Program-made: the position numbers and the translations under genes
Notes under the pieces: generated by a model
Told to the model about the DNA's origin: nothing
Seen by the model: the letters and a program-made list of their open reading frames with translations, nothing else
Databases searched by the model: none
Assembly (NCBI GenBank): GCA_000165425.1
Contig: CT867995.1
Coordinates: 62,001 to 126,000, forward strand
Direction: 5' to 3'
Length of the DNA stretch: 64,000 nt
Source of the DNA: Paramecium tetraurelia
Lineage: Eukaryota
Part shown: piece after piece, positions 1-14,261 of the stretch
How the letters are laid out: every line of letters begins with the position of its first letter
Position numbering within the stretch: position 1 is the stretch's first letter

Positions 1-729
1 GTTAAGATTATATTATTTTAGTGGGATATTCATAATAATACTAATAATCAACAGAATAAAATGATTACAATAATCAATTAAAATAAATCTTAATCAGAAT
101 ACTGTTACATTTCGGACATATTTATTTTGTTTAATCCTTTTTTAGATTCAATCAGATTGTAAAATAGTCTGATCAAAGCTATTTATTCTAATTATAGATT
201 TGGTATTATCGACGATTTAAAATTTATTCTTACAAATAACGCACTCTTCGAAGACCATTGTTCAATGAATTTATTTCTTAAATAACAGCATTTTTTTTAA
301 GACCATCTTACTTTTATTAAGTTTCCTTAAACAAATCATACAATTTATTCTTTCACCTTAAACTCCTATGAAATATTAATTGTTTTTTCTATAAATTTTA
401 TTGTTTTAATATTTGCGAATTATTTTTTAGATATTTTTGTTTAGGAATAGGATAAGTTGCGGCAGAGTATTGATACTTATAATATCCGGTTCGTAATGAT
501 ATCCATATTATACCTTTTTTGATATTAATTTAAAATTGTTTCTAAAAAACCAATTTCGCCTCAAGTGTATCCTGTATTAATACTGTAAATTCCATTGTCC
601 CTAAAATATATATATAAATTAAATAAAATAATTTTCAATAGAGAAACGTTAAGTAGTTACATCAAAAATAAATAAATAAATAAGAAATTAATAATATATA
701 AATATATGGAAATATGATATAATAAAATA

Positions 730-3700
730 TCATTAATGCTACAAAGTTTGCAATAAATAATCTTCAAATCTGTCTCCTTCAACATTTAGAATGTCAATGT
801 ATTATTTTGTAGCTAACATATCATTTTCATCTTTATGGACAAAGAATAATAACTCCTTAATGTAAATTACACGATCAAAGTAATTAGTATCTAAAGATAA
901 TCGATAATTATTATATACTTTCTTCTTCTGGAATCCTCTCGTATTCATCAAACCAAGCTGCAGTATTAACAAATGTATCCTTGTTTACCAAAGGCTAACC
1001 CAATTTGCTGAAATATTACTAGAGTTCATCTTCTTTTGGAGTAGGAGATGAAAGAAGAATTAAGTATGTACAAATTTATCTGACATTGACATAGCTATAT
1101 ATTGGATTTAAAAGAATACCCATTTTAATCAAGGATTTGTAATGCTTGCATCCATTGAGAGGGCGAATATTTCAAGACTCCATAGGAGGATCTAGCCAAA
1201 AGCAAGGCTAATTATTTGATATCGATTAGTAAGTGAGTGCTTGTGATGGCTCTTAAATCTTCAATGAGATAATAGAGCTGAGAGATGGAATATCTTTCTC
1301 TGGATAATGGTTCTCTTGCAGTCAAGGGGGGAGGAATGGGAGTTAAAAAGTTTAAGACTTCATGACTAACAATTACATCAACGAATTAGAGTTGAAGTTC
1401 CTTTTAGATCCTTTCAACTCTTTCGATGTACCCTCTAAATAAACCAGAAATAGCATCTAAGGCTTTAATTTCTGTTTAATGAGTATAGTAAATCCACTCA
1501 TCTATTTTAAGGTACAATTGATCACATGCTTATCTATATGTTCTAACTTATTGTGAGGCATATCTCTTGATAGCATCCACTCTATCTTTGAATATTTATT
1601 TCTCTAGAGTAATAGCACTGATAGCCTCTGGATTTTGAAGTTCCTTTTTAACAATTTCTTCTTCCTTTCCTTTCTTTCCTTTTTTTTCATCCTTTTTAGC
1701 AGGTTGTTTGCCTCCCTTTTTGGTTTTATCTTCAATGATTTCTTCTTCTCCAGCAAAAATTCTTAAAGAATCAGCAATCAGTTTATCTAATCTAACATTA
1801 GGATCATCTCCATCTTGCAATTATAATTCTCCAACACTAGGTTAAATATCTTATAATTCTATTGCCTCTAATGTTCCATAGTAGTCATTGAGTAATTAAA
1901 TAGAATTTTACGCTCTATCTAATTCAATTGCTAATAATTGTCTCACTTATAATAAAAAGAGATCAATTTCGTTTTCTATGAATTAAGAGTTCTATATTTG
2001 CTATTTTTCTACTAGTAAGTCATCTCTCTTTTAATCAATTATATCTATCAATTGGTCATACAAATCATCTACTCTTTAGTGCAACTCCTCTTTACATACA
2101 TCCTCTTCACACAAATCTGGGTTCTCCTATACAAATTGATTGTATTATTCTTAGAAATTTCTGACATGATAAAACTTCTCATCTGGAGTATTGATTAGAT
2201 CTATAAACTTTCTTTAGATATCCATTAAATAATTTGTAAGAAATTCTCTTTGCTCTCTAAATCCTTTAAAAATATTTTGTAGAGAAACGTATTTGGTTTC
2301 TATTTGATTCCAAAATGAATGCAAATATTAGAGAAATTGTTAACTTGGTTGCTTTAATGGCAATGAGTCTAATTGAACCTATTTGTATGAACATATTTTA
2401 TCTAATTCAGCTTGCTCCTATTATTACTTGACCAATTCCTCTTTGTGCAATAGTTCATTCTATTGATTGTCATATTTCTGTTGTATTTTGTTAATTTGAA
2501 TTTACAGAAAGTTTTAAAATATTCTATCCACATCATAAAATACCCTTTCATAATTATTCGAAGCATCTACACCTATGAATGCACTTTAAGCATTTGAATT
2601 GTCAGCAGACTCAAAATTATTATACCAATTTTAAATTCCTTGCATCTATGTCATAAAATAGGCATTTTTATCTGAGATTAGTTATTATAAATTGTCTACT
2701 TCATATAATGGTTTAATTCTTTCAACCAAGGGAGCATTATCAACAGGAGGAGTGTTGGATTCCAGATGATATAATGAGTGATTATGATTATCATATCTTC
2801 TGCCAATGGCTCTTCTCAAACATAATTCATTTGACGGCATTTCTAAATATACACAAACTCCTACTCCACTTTCCTATTTCTTTCTCGGGATAACTGAGTA
2901 ATCAACTGGTTTGACTACTCTCGCAGCCTCTTACAGTCTTGCTTATAATGGAGTGAGTTCATCCTGAGGTTCAATGCCAGTTAAATGTTTCTCCAAGAGT
3001 TTTGCTTGTTCATAATTGTGTGGGAATCCAACTAACAGCCATCCTTTACAATATGGTTTATTATTGATCATATTATTCCTATGGAAATCTTCCCAGTTGA
3101 TACCATCATCATTAAATTCGTCTATAGTTCTACTTTGTCTGGGATTGAATGATGAATATTTGGCTTTGTATTCTTCATAAATCTATTCAAATTCCTATTT
3201 GTCAAACAGTCTTTTGATTTTCTACACAATTGCCTTGATATAGAGTTCTTCTGGTATTTCCTCCCCTTAACAAAGATACCCTGATATTTATTATCCCAAC
3301 TCAATTTGTTATTAGTCCCATACTTATGAGTGTTCTTCACCTTATTCATACTTCTTTATATATTCTAGTAGTTCATTGATTATCACATCAATTGACAACA
3401 ATTGGATTCCATACTTTTTGGCTAATAATTCGCTTATAGTTTTTTTGCCACTAAATGAGAATCCTATTAAACTTCCTCTGAAAGGGACATATGGAATATC
3501 AGTTTATTCCATTTCTTGTATAGAATTTTTGAACTGACTTTCTATCAGATATCTAACTAGATTTCCTAAGTTATAGTTATTTTGGGCTTAATAGATATCC
3601 CAAGCACCTGTTCCCTCTAGATAATCTTACATTTCCATTTTAGCAAGGAACATCTTTTATTTGTAGTTTAGACTTTCCTATTTTTTCATTTCTTTGATAG

Positions 3701-5157
3701 GATCATAAGTTCTAAATCGTTTGTATGGAATGAGTTCCATGCCTTATTTAAATAGGTGATGATTTTCCCTTGTAAATTACTTGTTAAATTCATTCGAATC
3801 ATTGTTCTACAAATGTTCATAGAGTTGTTCCTCTATTTCAAAGAGGATTTCCACTAATTTTTTGCATTTTTCATAATTGGATTATCTAATTTGCAATTTA
3901 TATTCAACATTAATTTCTAATTATCTTTTCTATTGTAATTCGATTTCTTCATTAAATTCCGATTATAATGCTCTTAACATTTCTTCTTCCTTGAATTTCT
4001 AATTTATAACATTTAGTTCTTATTTATTTCTATAATTTTCATCCCTTAATTATCTGTTTTCACAAATGACCTCTTTACATTGATAAGCTCTCCAGATTTC
4101 ATACATAATTTCCTTTTCTTATTTACTTTATTATTTAAGTTTTTCTAAAACAGTGTATTCTCTTCTTTGTAATTCATCAGTTTGCTTTTCCTGATCTACA
4201 ATCATCTTTCTTCTTCTTTTATCTCTCTCCTTCCTCAAGAATTCACTCATCATTTTATTTCTTAATCCCAAAGAGACTGGCTCTTGAGTACCTCTATTTT
4301 CAAATTAATCAATCTGATCTTCCATCTCACTTCTCATCATCTACTAAGTTTAAACCAATCTGTCTTCTGTCACTTTTTGCATTGTAGACTTGAACTTTTC
4401 ATCAGCCACTTTGTTTTTATGTCTAACCTGTTAATTTTTCTTCCAATTCTCAATTCCTTTTTAATTCCAATCCTCCATAAATGCCATATTTCTTTGTAAC
4501 TTATTCAACTAAATCTTACGCATTTCTTCCTTTAGATTCCTCTCCTCTGTTTCTTCCTTTATTTTCAACCTGCGTTCTTTTTCTGCCTGTTAAATAGCAA
4601 AAGACGAAAACTTCCCAAGATGCTTATCCAAATTAACATCCTTCTATGCCTTATTTTTCTCGTTAAGCTTAGACACAAAAAACTCTTATTCCATTTTATC
4701 AAATTAATCCTTTGGTTATCTGATAACCATCAATGGTTATATTACATTATATTTACCAGTCTTCGCATGCATCATAACATCATGAGGGTCATTTACTTTT
4801 TGCAATTACTATTATTATGAATACACGACATACCATTTGTAATTGATAAAGCAATTACATAGCAACTCCCTTTTTGCCTTTGATTACTTGATCAGCAGTT
4901 TGAAAATTGAATGGAATATGCAAAGTTTTAAATGTTGGTTCCAACAAAGTAAAATTCCTCATCTTGGCTTCGCGCACATCTCTAAATATAGAAAACAATA
5001 ATCACTTATTAGAGAACTCTTCAAAATTGAGTTGTTAATTGAACTTGCTCAATAACTCGCCAAAGAGATACCCATTATTAAAATCTTTTTCGAATGATGT
5101 CACCTTCCTACTCAACTGCACCTCATCATTTAACCACACCATAAGAAGTTACGACAT
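730..5157 (-). CDS. SPEF2: Sperm flagellar protein 2 / CPC1-like ciliary central-pair protein
   Basis: Table-6 translation starts MSQLLMVWLNDEVQLSRKVTSFEKDFNNGYLFGELLSKF..AKMRNFTLLEPTF (SPEF2 CH-like domain). Then coiled coil and an adenylate-kinase-like P-loop GFSFSGKKT (~3440-3470). TGA at 730-732; tiny introns, e.g. ~4982-5005. Confidence 0.9.
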
Positions 5158-6299
5158 TTTATATACAAATATATTATTATAATTACTATATTATATTCAC
5201 ATCTTAACTCTCCTTTCTATATCAAAACCAAATCCAAACAATCAATTCCTCATCCTAATCTTCTAATTCAACTAAATGCAAACATCCAAAAGTGCATATC
5301 TTGATATATCTGCATTCCTATAAAATTTATGGGAAATCTGATAGATCAATTGAAAAATTTATAGTAATCATTTCGATGCACAATCTTAAGATGATGTACT
5401 AATCCTCTTGGTGAGATGATCTATTAATATATTTTATTTTTCTTAACTAAGATCTTTTATCAGATGTAATAAATTACCCTTAGATTAAATATATTATACA
5501 GAAAAATCTTACGAGTATTAATGATATTGTTTTAAATTCTTCTATTTATTTTTTAACAATTTCAATTTCAAATTTTCTATATTAATTTTTCTATAATTGT
5601 CTTTGAATCTCTTCTACCTACTGTTACTGTTATATTATGCTACGCTAAATTATAGGTAATTAGTATACTATCTAATTTCATTAATAAAATCATTATCTAT
5701 TAGGCGAGATCTAAATATATAATATCTATCATTGTTCAATATAAAAGTCTATTTGTCATTGACAATTTATTAATTATAATTGAATAATTTATTAATTTGG
5801 CTTACGATTATTCATTCCTTTAAATATTCCTTCTTCAATGTAAGTATGGATAAAATCAGTAAATATATAATTAGTTATTTTCTATTATTCTCTTTTTCAA
5901 TTATTTAAATTTATAATTAATTATACTCCTTTTCTCGTATCATTAATTTTATTAATGCAGTCAAATTCTTAAAAATATAAATGAAATTGGTTAAGGGATT
6001 TAAAACAATTTATATTAATTGCGACAAGATTATCTATGTAATATTTTTATTATAAATAAAAATAAGGTTAATTTAGATTTTGTAAATTAAATTAAAGGTA
6101 ATCCATTTAAATAAATCGAATGAATATTTATTCATTGTTAATTTTGGATTGATGATGATCCACTTTCTTATTGGAGTTATATTACAAATCATTAATATTA
6201 ATTTGATGTTAGATAGATAGTTAGATTAGTATCTGATTTGTAATTGATGAATACAATTTTTATTGGAATGAATAGTGTTATTAAATTAAAAATTATAAA

Positions 6300-7821
6300 A
6301 TGGATCAATGTGATTCTTCTAAATTGAAAATAGATTACTTAAGTTAGGAAATCGAAAATCTAAGTCAAAGGTTAGAAGAATAAATTAACATCAACGCTTA
6401 GTATCAAAGTCTAATTAATGGACGAACTGATATGAGAATACTATTGAGTGTAATGCAATCAGAGTAGGAACTTTTGAAATAATAAATATCGAAAATACTT
6501 AACGAGAGGAATAGAGCTGTATCAAAAGTACTATGATATTTAATTCAGGTTCTCATTCTAGAATAAATACTCCTAGCGACACAATAAGAAAACGATTTCA
6601 TTCTCAAAGAGGCAGAACAAAGAATTAAATATCTGCAAGAACAAATAAAATACTATGAGTAATCAAACTAGAACTTAAACCTCTATGAAACTGATCCTCA
6701 AAACGAAGGTTATTTGATAAAGTACAAATAAGTATCAATGTCATATATTCCTCAGATAGTGAATTTGAATGAAGCCACTTTGAGATTATAATAGGAGATC
6801 GAGATATATAAGGTTCAATTAGCTTTGGCTCACATGAAAATGAGCAAGTTACAAGAGTCTAAAAATGATTTAATATAGTTAAACTTTGTAAAACAGAAGT
6901 ATTTAATTTTAGACTCTCTCAAATGAAATATGTCGATTGAAGTTGTAATCAAGTCAAGGAGTAAAAAATGTAGATAAATACATCTCTCAATTGGTTGAAG
7001 TCTAAACGAAATTGGTTTAAATTGATGACGAAGATTCAGATAAGGAATGCACATCTCCAATGGAAGATAAATTCAATGCTACTCGAATAAATGTATAAAT
7101 GAATCAATATTGAGAGACAATTTTCAATTAGCACAATATGCCAAAATTAGATTTGAAGAGAGCCTAGCAAATCTAAGCATATACTTTATAGTAAATGAAT
7201 ATGAAACAGCAAAAAAACCAAGATCTAACACTTCAGGATGAACTCCAAAAATGGATAACAGAATATAAGTATTTGAAGAACAACTACGATGCTTCCAAGA
7301 TATTGTTTGATCAGTTGAAGATTCAATATGAAGATTTGCAAAGGAATTATAATGAAACACTATCAATAAATGCCACTTTGATAAGAGCAAACCAAAATTA
7401 CGAAGAAAAATGGCAGAACATTAACAAACAACATGTCTTTTATAAACAATTCTATCTGTAGTATAAGGATTGTGTGGATATTTTCAATAAAACTTTGAGC
7501 AATAAAAAGCTATAGGAATCCGTATCTGAGAGGAAAGATCTGTTAGAATTTTCAATATAGGTTTCAAAGATAAGACCCGCAATGTTTGTACGAAGATCTA
7601 GTGTCAATGTGGTTGGGATAACATCAGTAGATTCAACTCCAAATTCCATCAATTACAAGGATAAAATAATCTAGATGACTAAGGATGTTTTCTAGATATT
7701 TAAGAAAAAGCATAGCGAAAATGAAAGTAGTGATGAAGATATTTCACAGGTGAATCAAATGAAGAGAGAATTCACTGTATCCAACAATTTTTAATCTTCA
7801 TAAAAACAAGCAAAAATATGA
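6300..7821 (+). CDS. Uncharacterised coiled-coil protein
   Basis: ATG 6300 (MDQCDSSKLKIDYLSQEIENLSQRLEEQ...), heptad/Q-E-rich, tiny introns, TGA 7819-7821; includes track ORF 7195..7461. Confidence 0.75.
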
Positions 7822-7856
7822 AATCTATCCACACATATTTTGCATTTTAATATAAA

Positions 7857-8439
7857 TCATTTTTTGCTTTTTTTTTCTTTTTTTTTTGAAGGAGCTGTCA
7901 CAGGTTCTTCTGGCTATTAGGGATTTAGTTTTCTGGTTTCAACTGCCTCATCCTGTTCATCATCGACTTCTTCCTCCACTTCCACTTCAACCATCTTCTT
8001 AACCTTCTTCTTCTTCTTCTTCTTTTTCTCTGGCTCTTCATAAATAATCTGTTTGCGCATAGCTTCTATTATGATTCCCAATATCACTGTCTTATATCCA
8101 ACACTTTGAAATATTTAGGAAGTATCAATACTGCTATAATGCTTCACTAAGTTCCTGCATTTCCAATTTAAAACATTGTCTAACATTCAATGAGAGATCT
8201 GCTACACCTATAAATAGAAAAGCCATAAGCAGTTTTTGGTTGTCAATCACAATACATAATCCTAATGCAACTGCGAATAATGCCTAAATAGCATGCTTAA
8301 GTAATAGATTTATTTAGTATACATTGGGAGTGAATTCAAGCAGATGCTAAAATGGATAATATGGCAATTTAGCTTCGATAAACAAGTACCATCCTGTGAC
8401 TAAAAAATATATGGTAGCAGGAATTAACAAATATTTCAT
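7857..8439 (-). CDS. Small membrane protein with acidic/poly-Lys C-terminal tail
   Basis: MKYLLIPATIYFLVTGWYLFIEAK..., further hydrophobic segments, two tiny introns, ends ...PSKKKKKKAKK-TGA. Confidence 0.7.
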
Positions 8440-9239
8440 AAATTAATATTTCTTATCAAAAAACGAATTCTCTATCACTCCCGTATCCTCTCCCTTTTCT
8501 TAGGATAATTAATAAATATCGATATATTGTGATAATGAGTAATTTATCAATAATACTTTTATATTATCACACTAAAAGCTAAATTTACATTTGGGTTTCT
8601 TTCTTGTTTGTTTCACGTAGATAATTGATGGTATAGATTTAATCGATCCTAATCAAAATGCAAATAAAACAATTGATTAAGGATTCAATGAATAGGATTA
8701 TCAAGGGTGCCAATTTGGTTCTATAATTTTAATTTATTGGCATTTTAAAAATATAGAATAGTATAAAAAGATTATATACAAATTACAAGCCAAAATAGAT
8801 TACTTCCACTAAATGCAATTTATTCATAAAATTTTTAATGTAATACCTACCTTTATTAATAATTATGAGAGTCATCACAAACAACATCACGATATTGGAG
8901 GGCATTAACCATAACAACACAGTGCAATAATCACATTGTGACCTAGTCATTCTTTGTTTGTAGATCAATTGATTATCCAAATCATAGCATCTCTCTATAG
9001 CATTGAATGACAATTAACAAGTTTGTAATTTGTTCTCAGCTATATTCAGGAAGTATAGTGTGATGTTCAACATGATCAAAACAGATATGAGTAAAATTTC
9101 CACTCTTAGGATATTCTTAATTTATTTAGGAATCGAATTCATTAATTAATAAATGAAAATGTTATTAAATGAAGAGTAAAAATACAAACAGAGAGATGAA
9201 TATAATTTATGCAATATTAACGATAATTAATATTTTAAG

Positions 9240-10300
9240 AACAAAGAATTCTGAAGTATCCATTTGAATTCCTTTTTAAAGACATCCCCATAATGGAATT
9301 GCTATTGACTATTCTAATGATGGGTAGTTTTGATTTATAAACTCTAATGCCAGATTGATTCACCCAAAATCATGGATGATCGTTTAAATAGCATTCATCA
9401 TCCTATTTCTGATTAAATGTTATAAAAGGAAACTTCCTATTTATCTATTGATATATAATAATATTCTAAATATTACTCTCTCTTGCAACTAAGTCTTTTT
9501 GGATTAATGTTTAAATAATATGCTTAAATACAAATACCCTAGACAAACAGATAAGTACTTAGTGGGACTTAAAGAGATGCAATTAAAGAATAGAGATTCA
9601 GTTCTTGTATATTATCCAACTTATAGATATCTAAATCAGAAATATAAATTCTTGTTGGAATAGTGACAATATTAAATAGGTTCGCAATAACAATAGTTTT
9701 AAATGATAAAGAGATTGGTTGATATAAGAATGGATGAACCCATTTTGAGAATGAGTTAGGAGAACAAATTTTAAGAAAGTCAAAATGATTAGACATACGA
9801 ATTATGGAGTCAATAAATTTCATTCACTATAGGATTATATATAGTGATAGTAGAATGCTGATTTTAATAAGATTAATCAGATCAGGTCATTCTTTTGGAG
9901 CAGCAACTGTTCATGAAACAGCATAAATTGATTAGAGAATAGCTGTGCAGGTATCATATTGTTGAATCCATTGTTCTTGCCATTCCCAGAAGACACCTGA
10001 AATATCTTAGTTAAGTAGGAATAGTGATTCCTTTATATTACGAAAAGTGAAAGTAAATCCCAAAGATACATTATTGCTTTTAATGGACCATAACAGAACT
10101 TAAGGATTGCGTTTAAAGCGTCATAACTTCTTTGTACAATTCGGTTAGCGTATAAAATATCCTATCAATTGAAGATGTTTCCAAAATTGAACAATCTTAA
10201 TAAAATTTTAAAACCACTATTGTCCATTAATGTATTGTAAACATATCTTGACTCTAGGCCATCTTAGAAAACTTTAACTTGATTTGAGAAGTTTGGTAAG
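9240..10300 (+). pseudogene. Decayed platelet-activating-factor acetylhydrolase (alpha/beta hydrolase) pseudogene
   Basis: Remnant motifs DKYLVG..VLVYYPT (~9550-9621) and GHSFGAAT (9885-9908). A frameshift then leads to GIILLNPLFLPF followed by in-frame TGAs. Boundaries approximate. Confidence 0.7.
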
Positions 10301-10366
10301 GAATCTGTCAGACTACCAACATTTTGGATTGAATGTAAATGAATGTATATATGATTATTTATGGAA

Positions 10367-10627
10367 TCACAAATAGACGGCTGCTGTGACATGTGCTGGT
10401 TGATTTGTGTGAGGTAATGGTTCAAAGACTTTCACTTAAATTCTCTTGTGATCTTCTGTTTCAACAATGAATTAATAGTTGGTTCCAGCAACAACTTAAT
10501 GGCGTACCTCAATGATTTTGAAGGTTTAATGGTGAGATCCCAAATGTTGATTGATACCATGATGAACGACTGCCAAGACTTAGTGGTGACTTTAGTCCAC
10601 TTCTACTACTGCCCAACCTCCCATCAT
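10367..10627 (-). CDS. Type-1 cystatin (stefin-like cysteine protease inhibitor), 86 aa
   Basis: Intronless MMGGWAVVEVDQSHHQVLAVVHHGINQHLGSHHQTFKIIEVRHQVVAGTNYQFIVETEDHKRIQVKVFEPLPHTNQPAHVTAAVYL*. Has the N-terminal GG, QVVAG (Q = TAA) and LP loop. Confidence 0.92.
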
Positions 10628-10663
10628 CTTTGTTTAATTTTATTTTATTATTGAAAAATCCTA

Positions 10664-10978
10664 ATGATCATTCGAAATTTAAACACCTCGACTATTTTAT
10701 GGAATAATTCCTCTAATACTAAATTTTCCATTCATCCCACTTTAGAGTCACTACAGTGTGATAAGCAACTCTTAATGAAGGTACATTTCAATAATTATTA
10801 GTTTTTGGATTTTGGATTTACAGAACACTACAGGATTAATTAAAGTCTTATTAAAATATAATTAATTATAGCAGATAGGAAGTAAGGAATTTCTAAGATT
10901 TAAATTGAATCAAGAATGTTAATCAATATTTAACACACATTCACTGATATAATATATAATAGACAGTTAGCTTTTTGA
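10664..10978 (+). CDS. Small hypothetical protein (~88 aa)
   Basis: ATG 10664; two canonical tiny GT..TAG introns give an open frame to TGA 10976-10978; no recognisable motif. Confidence 0.45.
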
Positions 10979-11004
10979 ATCAATACAAAATAGAATGTTC
11001 AAAT

Positions 11005-11343
11005 TCATGAGTTTACAAAAAACTTCATAGACACCCAATTCAGATACACTATGAAGAATGTAACAACTGATAACAATGGTATGGCAAAGCCTACCACTGA
11101 ATCTTGAACCAGAGATATAGCCATCACGAGCATGAGTAGGATGACAGCTATAATGAGGATCCATCCAATCACCTCATTTATTTTAGTATTTGAGAAGTTG
11201 ACTGAGTTGAACCTTTATTCATAAATGTTTATGGGGCCATGAGGAAACTCTTTTTTTTGTAGTGAATAAGTATTTTTGGCTTTCTCCTACTGTAAGATCA
11301 GCTGGTATTGATTTAGGTTGATATGCACATTGAGGGTAGCCAT
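11005..11343 (-). CDS. PIGY: GPI-GlcNAc transferase subunit Y (PIG-Y/Eri1-like), 112 aa
   Basis: Intronless ORF with two TM segments (IGWILIIAVILLMLVMAISL; GFAIPLLSVVTFFIVYL) ending in the PIG-Y-type signature NWVSMKFFVNS*. Confidence 0.7.
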
Positions 11344-11548
11344 GATTGGTATTCAATAAATTTATTTATTAATTTTAAAACTGCTTTGAATTCCAATCAA
11401 ATGGCTTATGAATTATATAAATACATAATTAAAATTCCTCAATATTATTAAATGATCAATTATCTAAGATGGTCTATCTAGTAAATCTCACTCCATGATT
11501 TAATTGATGTTTATATCTTATTGATTTAAGAGAATGTTTAAAATAAAT

Positions 11549-14250
11549 TCAATCTTATTCAACATTTTATAAATTTAAGAATTCACTATGAAAATAAAAT
11601 ATCATTATTTTCCTGAATATCTTTTGCTCGTATTCATTTATATCTTCAAACTTAGATGCCAACTTATATTGATTATACTGTATGATATTATTGAGTTCCC
11701 TACTAATCGAAATACGCTTGTTTTGACTCAAAGCCATGATGTTTAGGAAATGCTGAAATTCATTCACATTTAACCCCTCATCCTGTTCAGTACAATAACA
11801 ATAATGATGTCTTATGAATTGCTTGCTGAACTTTTGTGGAAACACCTTTATTTGCATAAACACCAAAATAATCTTGTCCAAATTGAGTCTTTGATCATGG
11901 AAGTTGTAATTTTATATTGATTGGCCATACATTAGAAACAGTTTTTGGATCAGCGGAAAAAATAGATTATTGAATACTTAATAAGATTTAATTGTGAGTA
12001 AACGAATTTCATTTTAATCAAGCACTTGATTATAAATTTCCAGTAGGTATTCTTCCACCAATCTACACTTATAAAATAAGAGAATTACCTATGTAGTTTT
12101 TCATCTTTGCTGGGCAACAAAGAAATGCAATTTGCAACATCAATTAGAGAATCTCTGAAAAAATTAAAATTCATTCCTCTATCTTTATCCAAATTCTAAA
12201 CCCTTACATTGTTCTCATAAACAGTGATCAATTCCTTGTCTTCAATGTCCAAATGAGATAGATGAAAACATTCAAGATATCCTGTCAAATTTATGTACTT
12301 GTACAGTTCATTTAAATCATCAGACTCTTTATTGGAAAATTTGAAGAAGATCTTCCTCAAATACAATTCAATTTTCATTGAAAATTAACCATCGATTTCA
12401 ATCATTTAACTAAATACTTAATTGTTTTCTCGATCAACCTTTGAGTATAATTCTAGAAACCTAAGTACTTCATCTGCTTTTTGAGATTTTTGATCATGTC
12501 CTGATTTAAATAAATTTTAGATAACAACTATTTTATTTCTATTAATTTTTTCTGTTACTTATTGAATTCTTTTCCTGTTTTTTGCACTTTTAGATCCCTT
12601 ATTTCTATCTTGTCCATACTTGTGATCGATAAGTGTTTTTTGATCAGAGTCTATTAATCTATCTTTTAATCTCATATGTTCTAATTGAAATTTTTTCATG
12701 TAATATTCCTAAGCTTAGACGCTCTTTTAATTCATTTCATTTCTTTATTGGAATTTAGCCCTCTCCCTTCTGGTTTTAAAATTGTTGGGATCCAATAAAC
12801 TTAGATTTTGATTAAGCTTTTCACTACAGTCTTTGTGGAAGGAATGTAGAAGCAAGGCTTATTCCATAATTTATCCGAATTTAGAAGTGTCATGCAAGTG
12901 ACAATTAATAGCCAATTCTTGGTTCAATTCTTTATCAGCGAGTTCCTTTTATGGTAGTATGGCAGCAATTCGATCAGAAAAGATGCTAGCTGTTCTAATT
13001 CCAGATTCTCTATCTAGTTGTTATTAATCGTAATCTATTTAACCCATTTTGTTGAGACATGATTATAGTCTCTATTATTTGGTATTGGGAAAAGAAGTGC
13101 AATCAATAGATTTGCTCAGAGGTTCCCTTTTCCTTTTCTCAATAATGTCACTAATGGAATTTATTACATTATCCACATTATTAAAATCCTTCAGTGCCTT
13201 CTTTTTGAATTGGTTGATTTCTTGGAATCGTCTCTTAACATCTTTCATGCCCTTATGATATTCTTTATCACATGCAAATCCAATAGTCTAAAATTAATAT
13301 AGTAAATTATTCATTATTTATAATAATCACTTTTTATGATCAATGAAATTGACAGTTTCTAAATCTGATGTTAACATATTGTGAAATTTATCGAATTCAG
13401 CTTAGATGTATCCAACCTGTTAACTTGCATGCTAAATTTGGTTTTTTTCATCTTGTTTAACTTATGCATGATAATTAGAGGCAATGGAACATATCTCTCT
13501 GATTTCTTTGAGGTATTACGATTGATTATTGGATTTTGTGTGCAGAATCTTAGAAACAGGAGAAGGAGAACGATTTTGAGAATTCGTTGAATAAGTACTT
13601 TTGTCTTTCTTCTTTTGAGGGGCCATTGGAATAGACATCATCCTTTATAGTCTCATTTTAATGGGACTGTCAGTGGGGATGCCTATCCTTTAATAATATT
13701 TTTTGAATCGAGCATATGTGGGATCTACTGAAGGATTGAGATTGGATTGAGTATTCAATTTCAGAGGTGAGACTGAAGTGTTATTGCTGGTAGCAGTAGT
13801 AATTTCACGTAATCGATATTCAATTGACTATCTCCTTGTAATGAATTACATCTTACGTGGTTCCTTATTATGGAATAGACTCTAACCATAGTCGTTATTT
13901 TTTTAAACACTTTAGCGAGATTTCTCTATGAGTGATTTATAATTATTGGTCATGATTGTCCATTTTTCTTCATTAATTTCATCCATTTTTATATGCGGAT
14001 CTATTGTCACCTTTTGAAAGTTCTTAAAGTACAGCACATTTTTCTTCTCTGGTTGATTGTTATATTCGACATCATGCAAAGGTACCTGAATTTCATCGGC
14101 ACTCTTTCTTCTCACCAGGTATTTAATCACAGTGGGACTCTGATCAGCCTTCACATCATTCATTTTCTTCCGGATCAGCATCAGTTTTTTAAACTAAAAT
14201 TAACAAGATTCCTTTACATATTCTTAGTTAGTTTTAGTATTTTGCTCCAT
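11549..14250 (-). CDS. Large uncharacterised protein (low-complexity N-terminus, helical C-terminus)
   Basis: One table-6 frame links track ORFs 13912..14181, 12196..12378 and 11567..11881 via introns, including a 43-nt intron at 13288-13330. 3' end approximate. Confidence 0.7.
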
Positions 14251-14261
14251 TAATTAATTAA

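Noticed and set aside
1..600. Possible minus-strand ORF starting MEFTVLIQDTLEAKLVF
   Set aside because: Cannot be extended into a coherent gene; no motif; at best a remnant.
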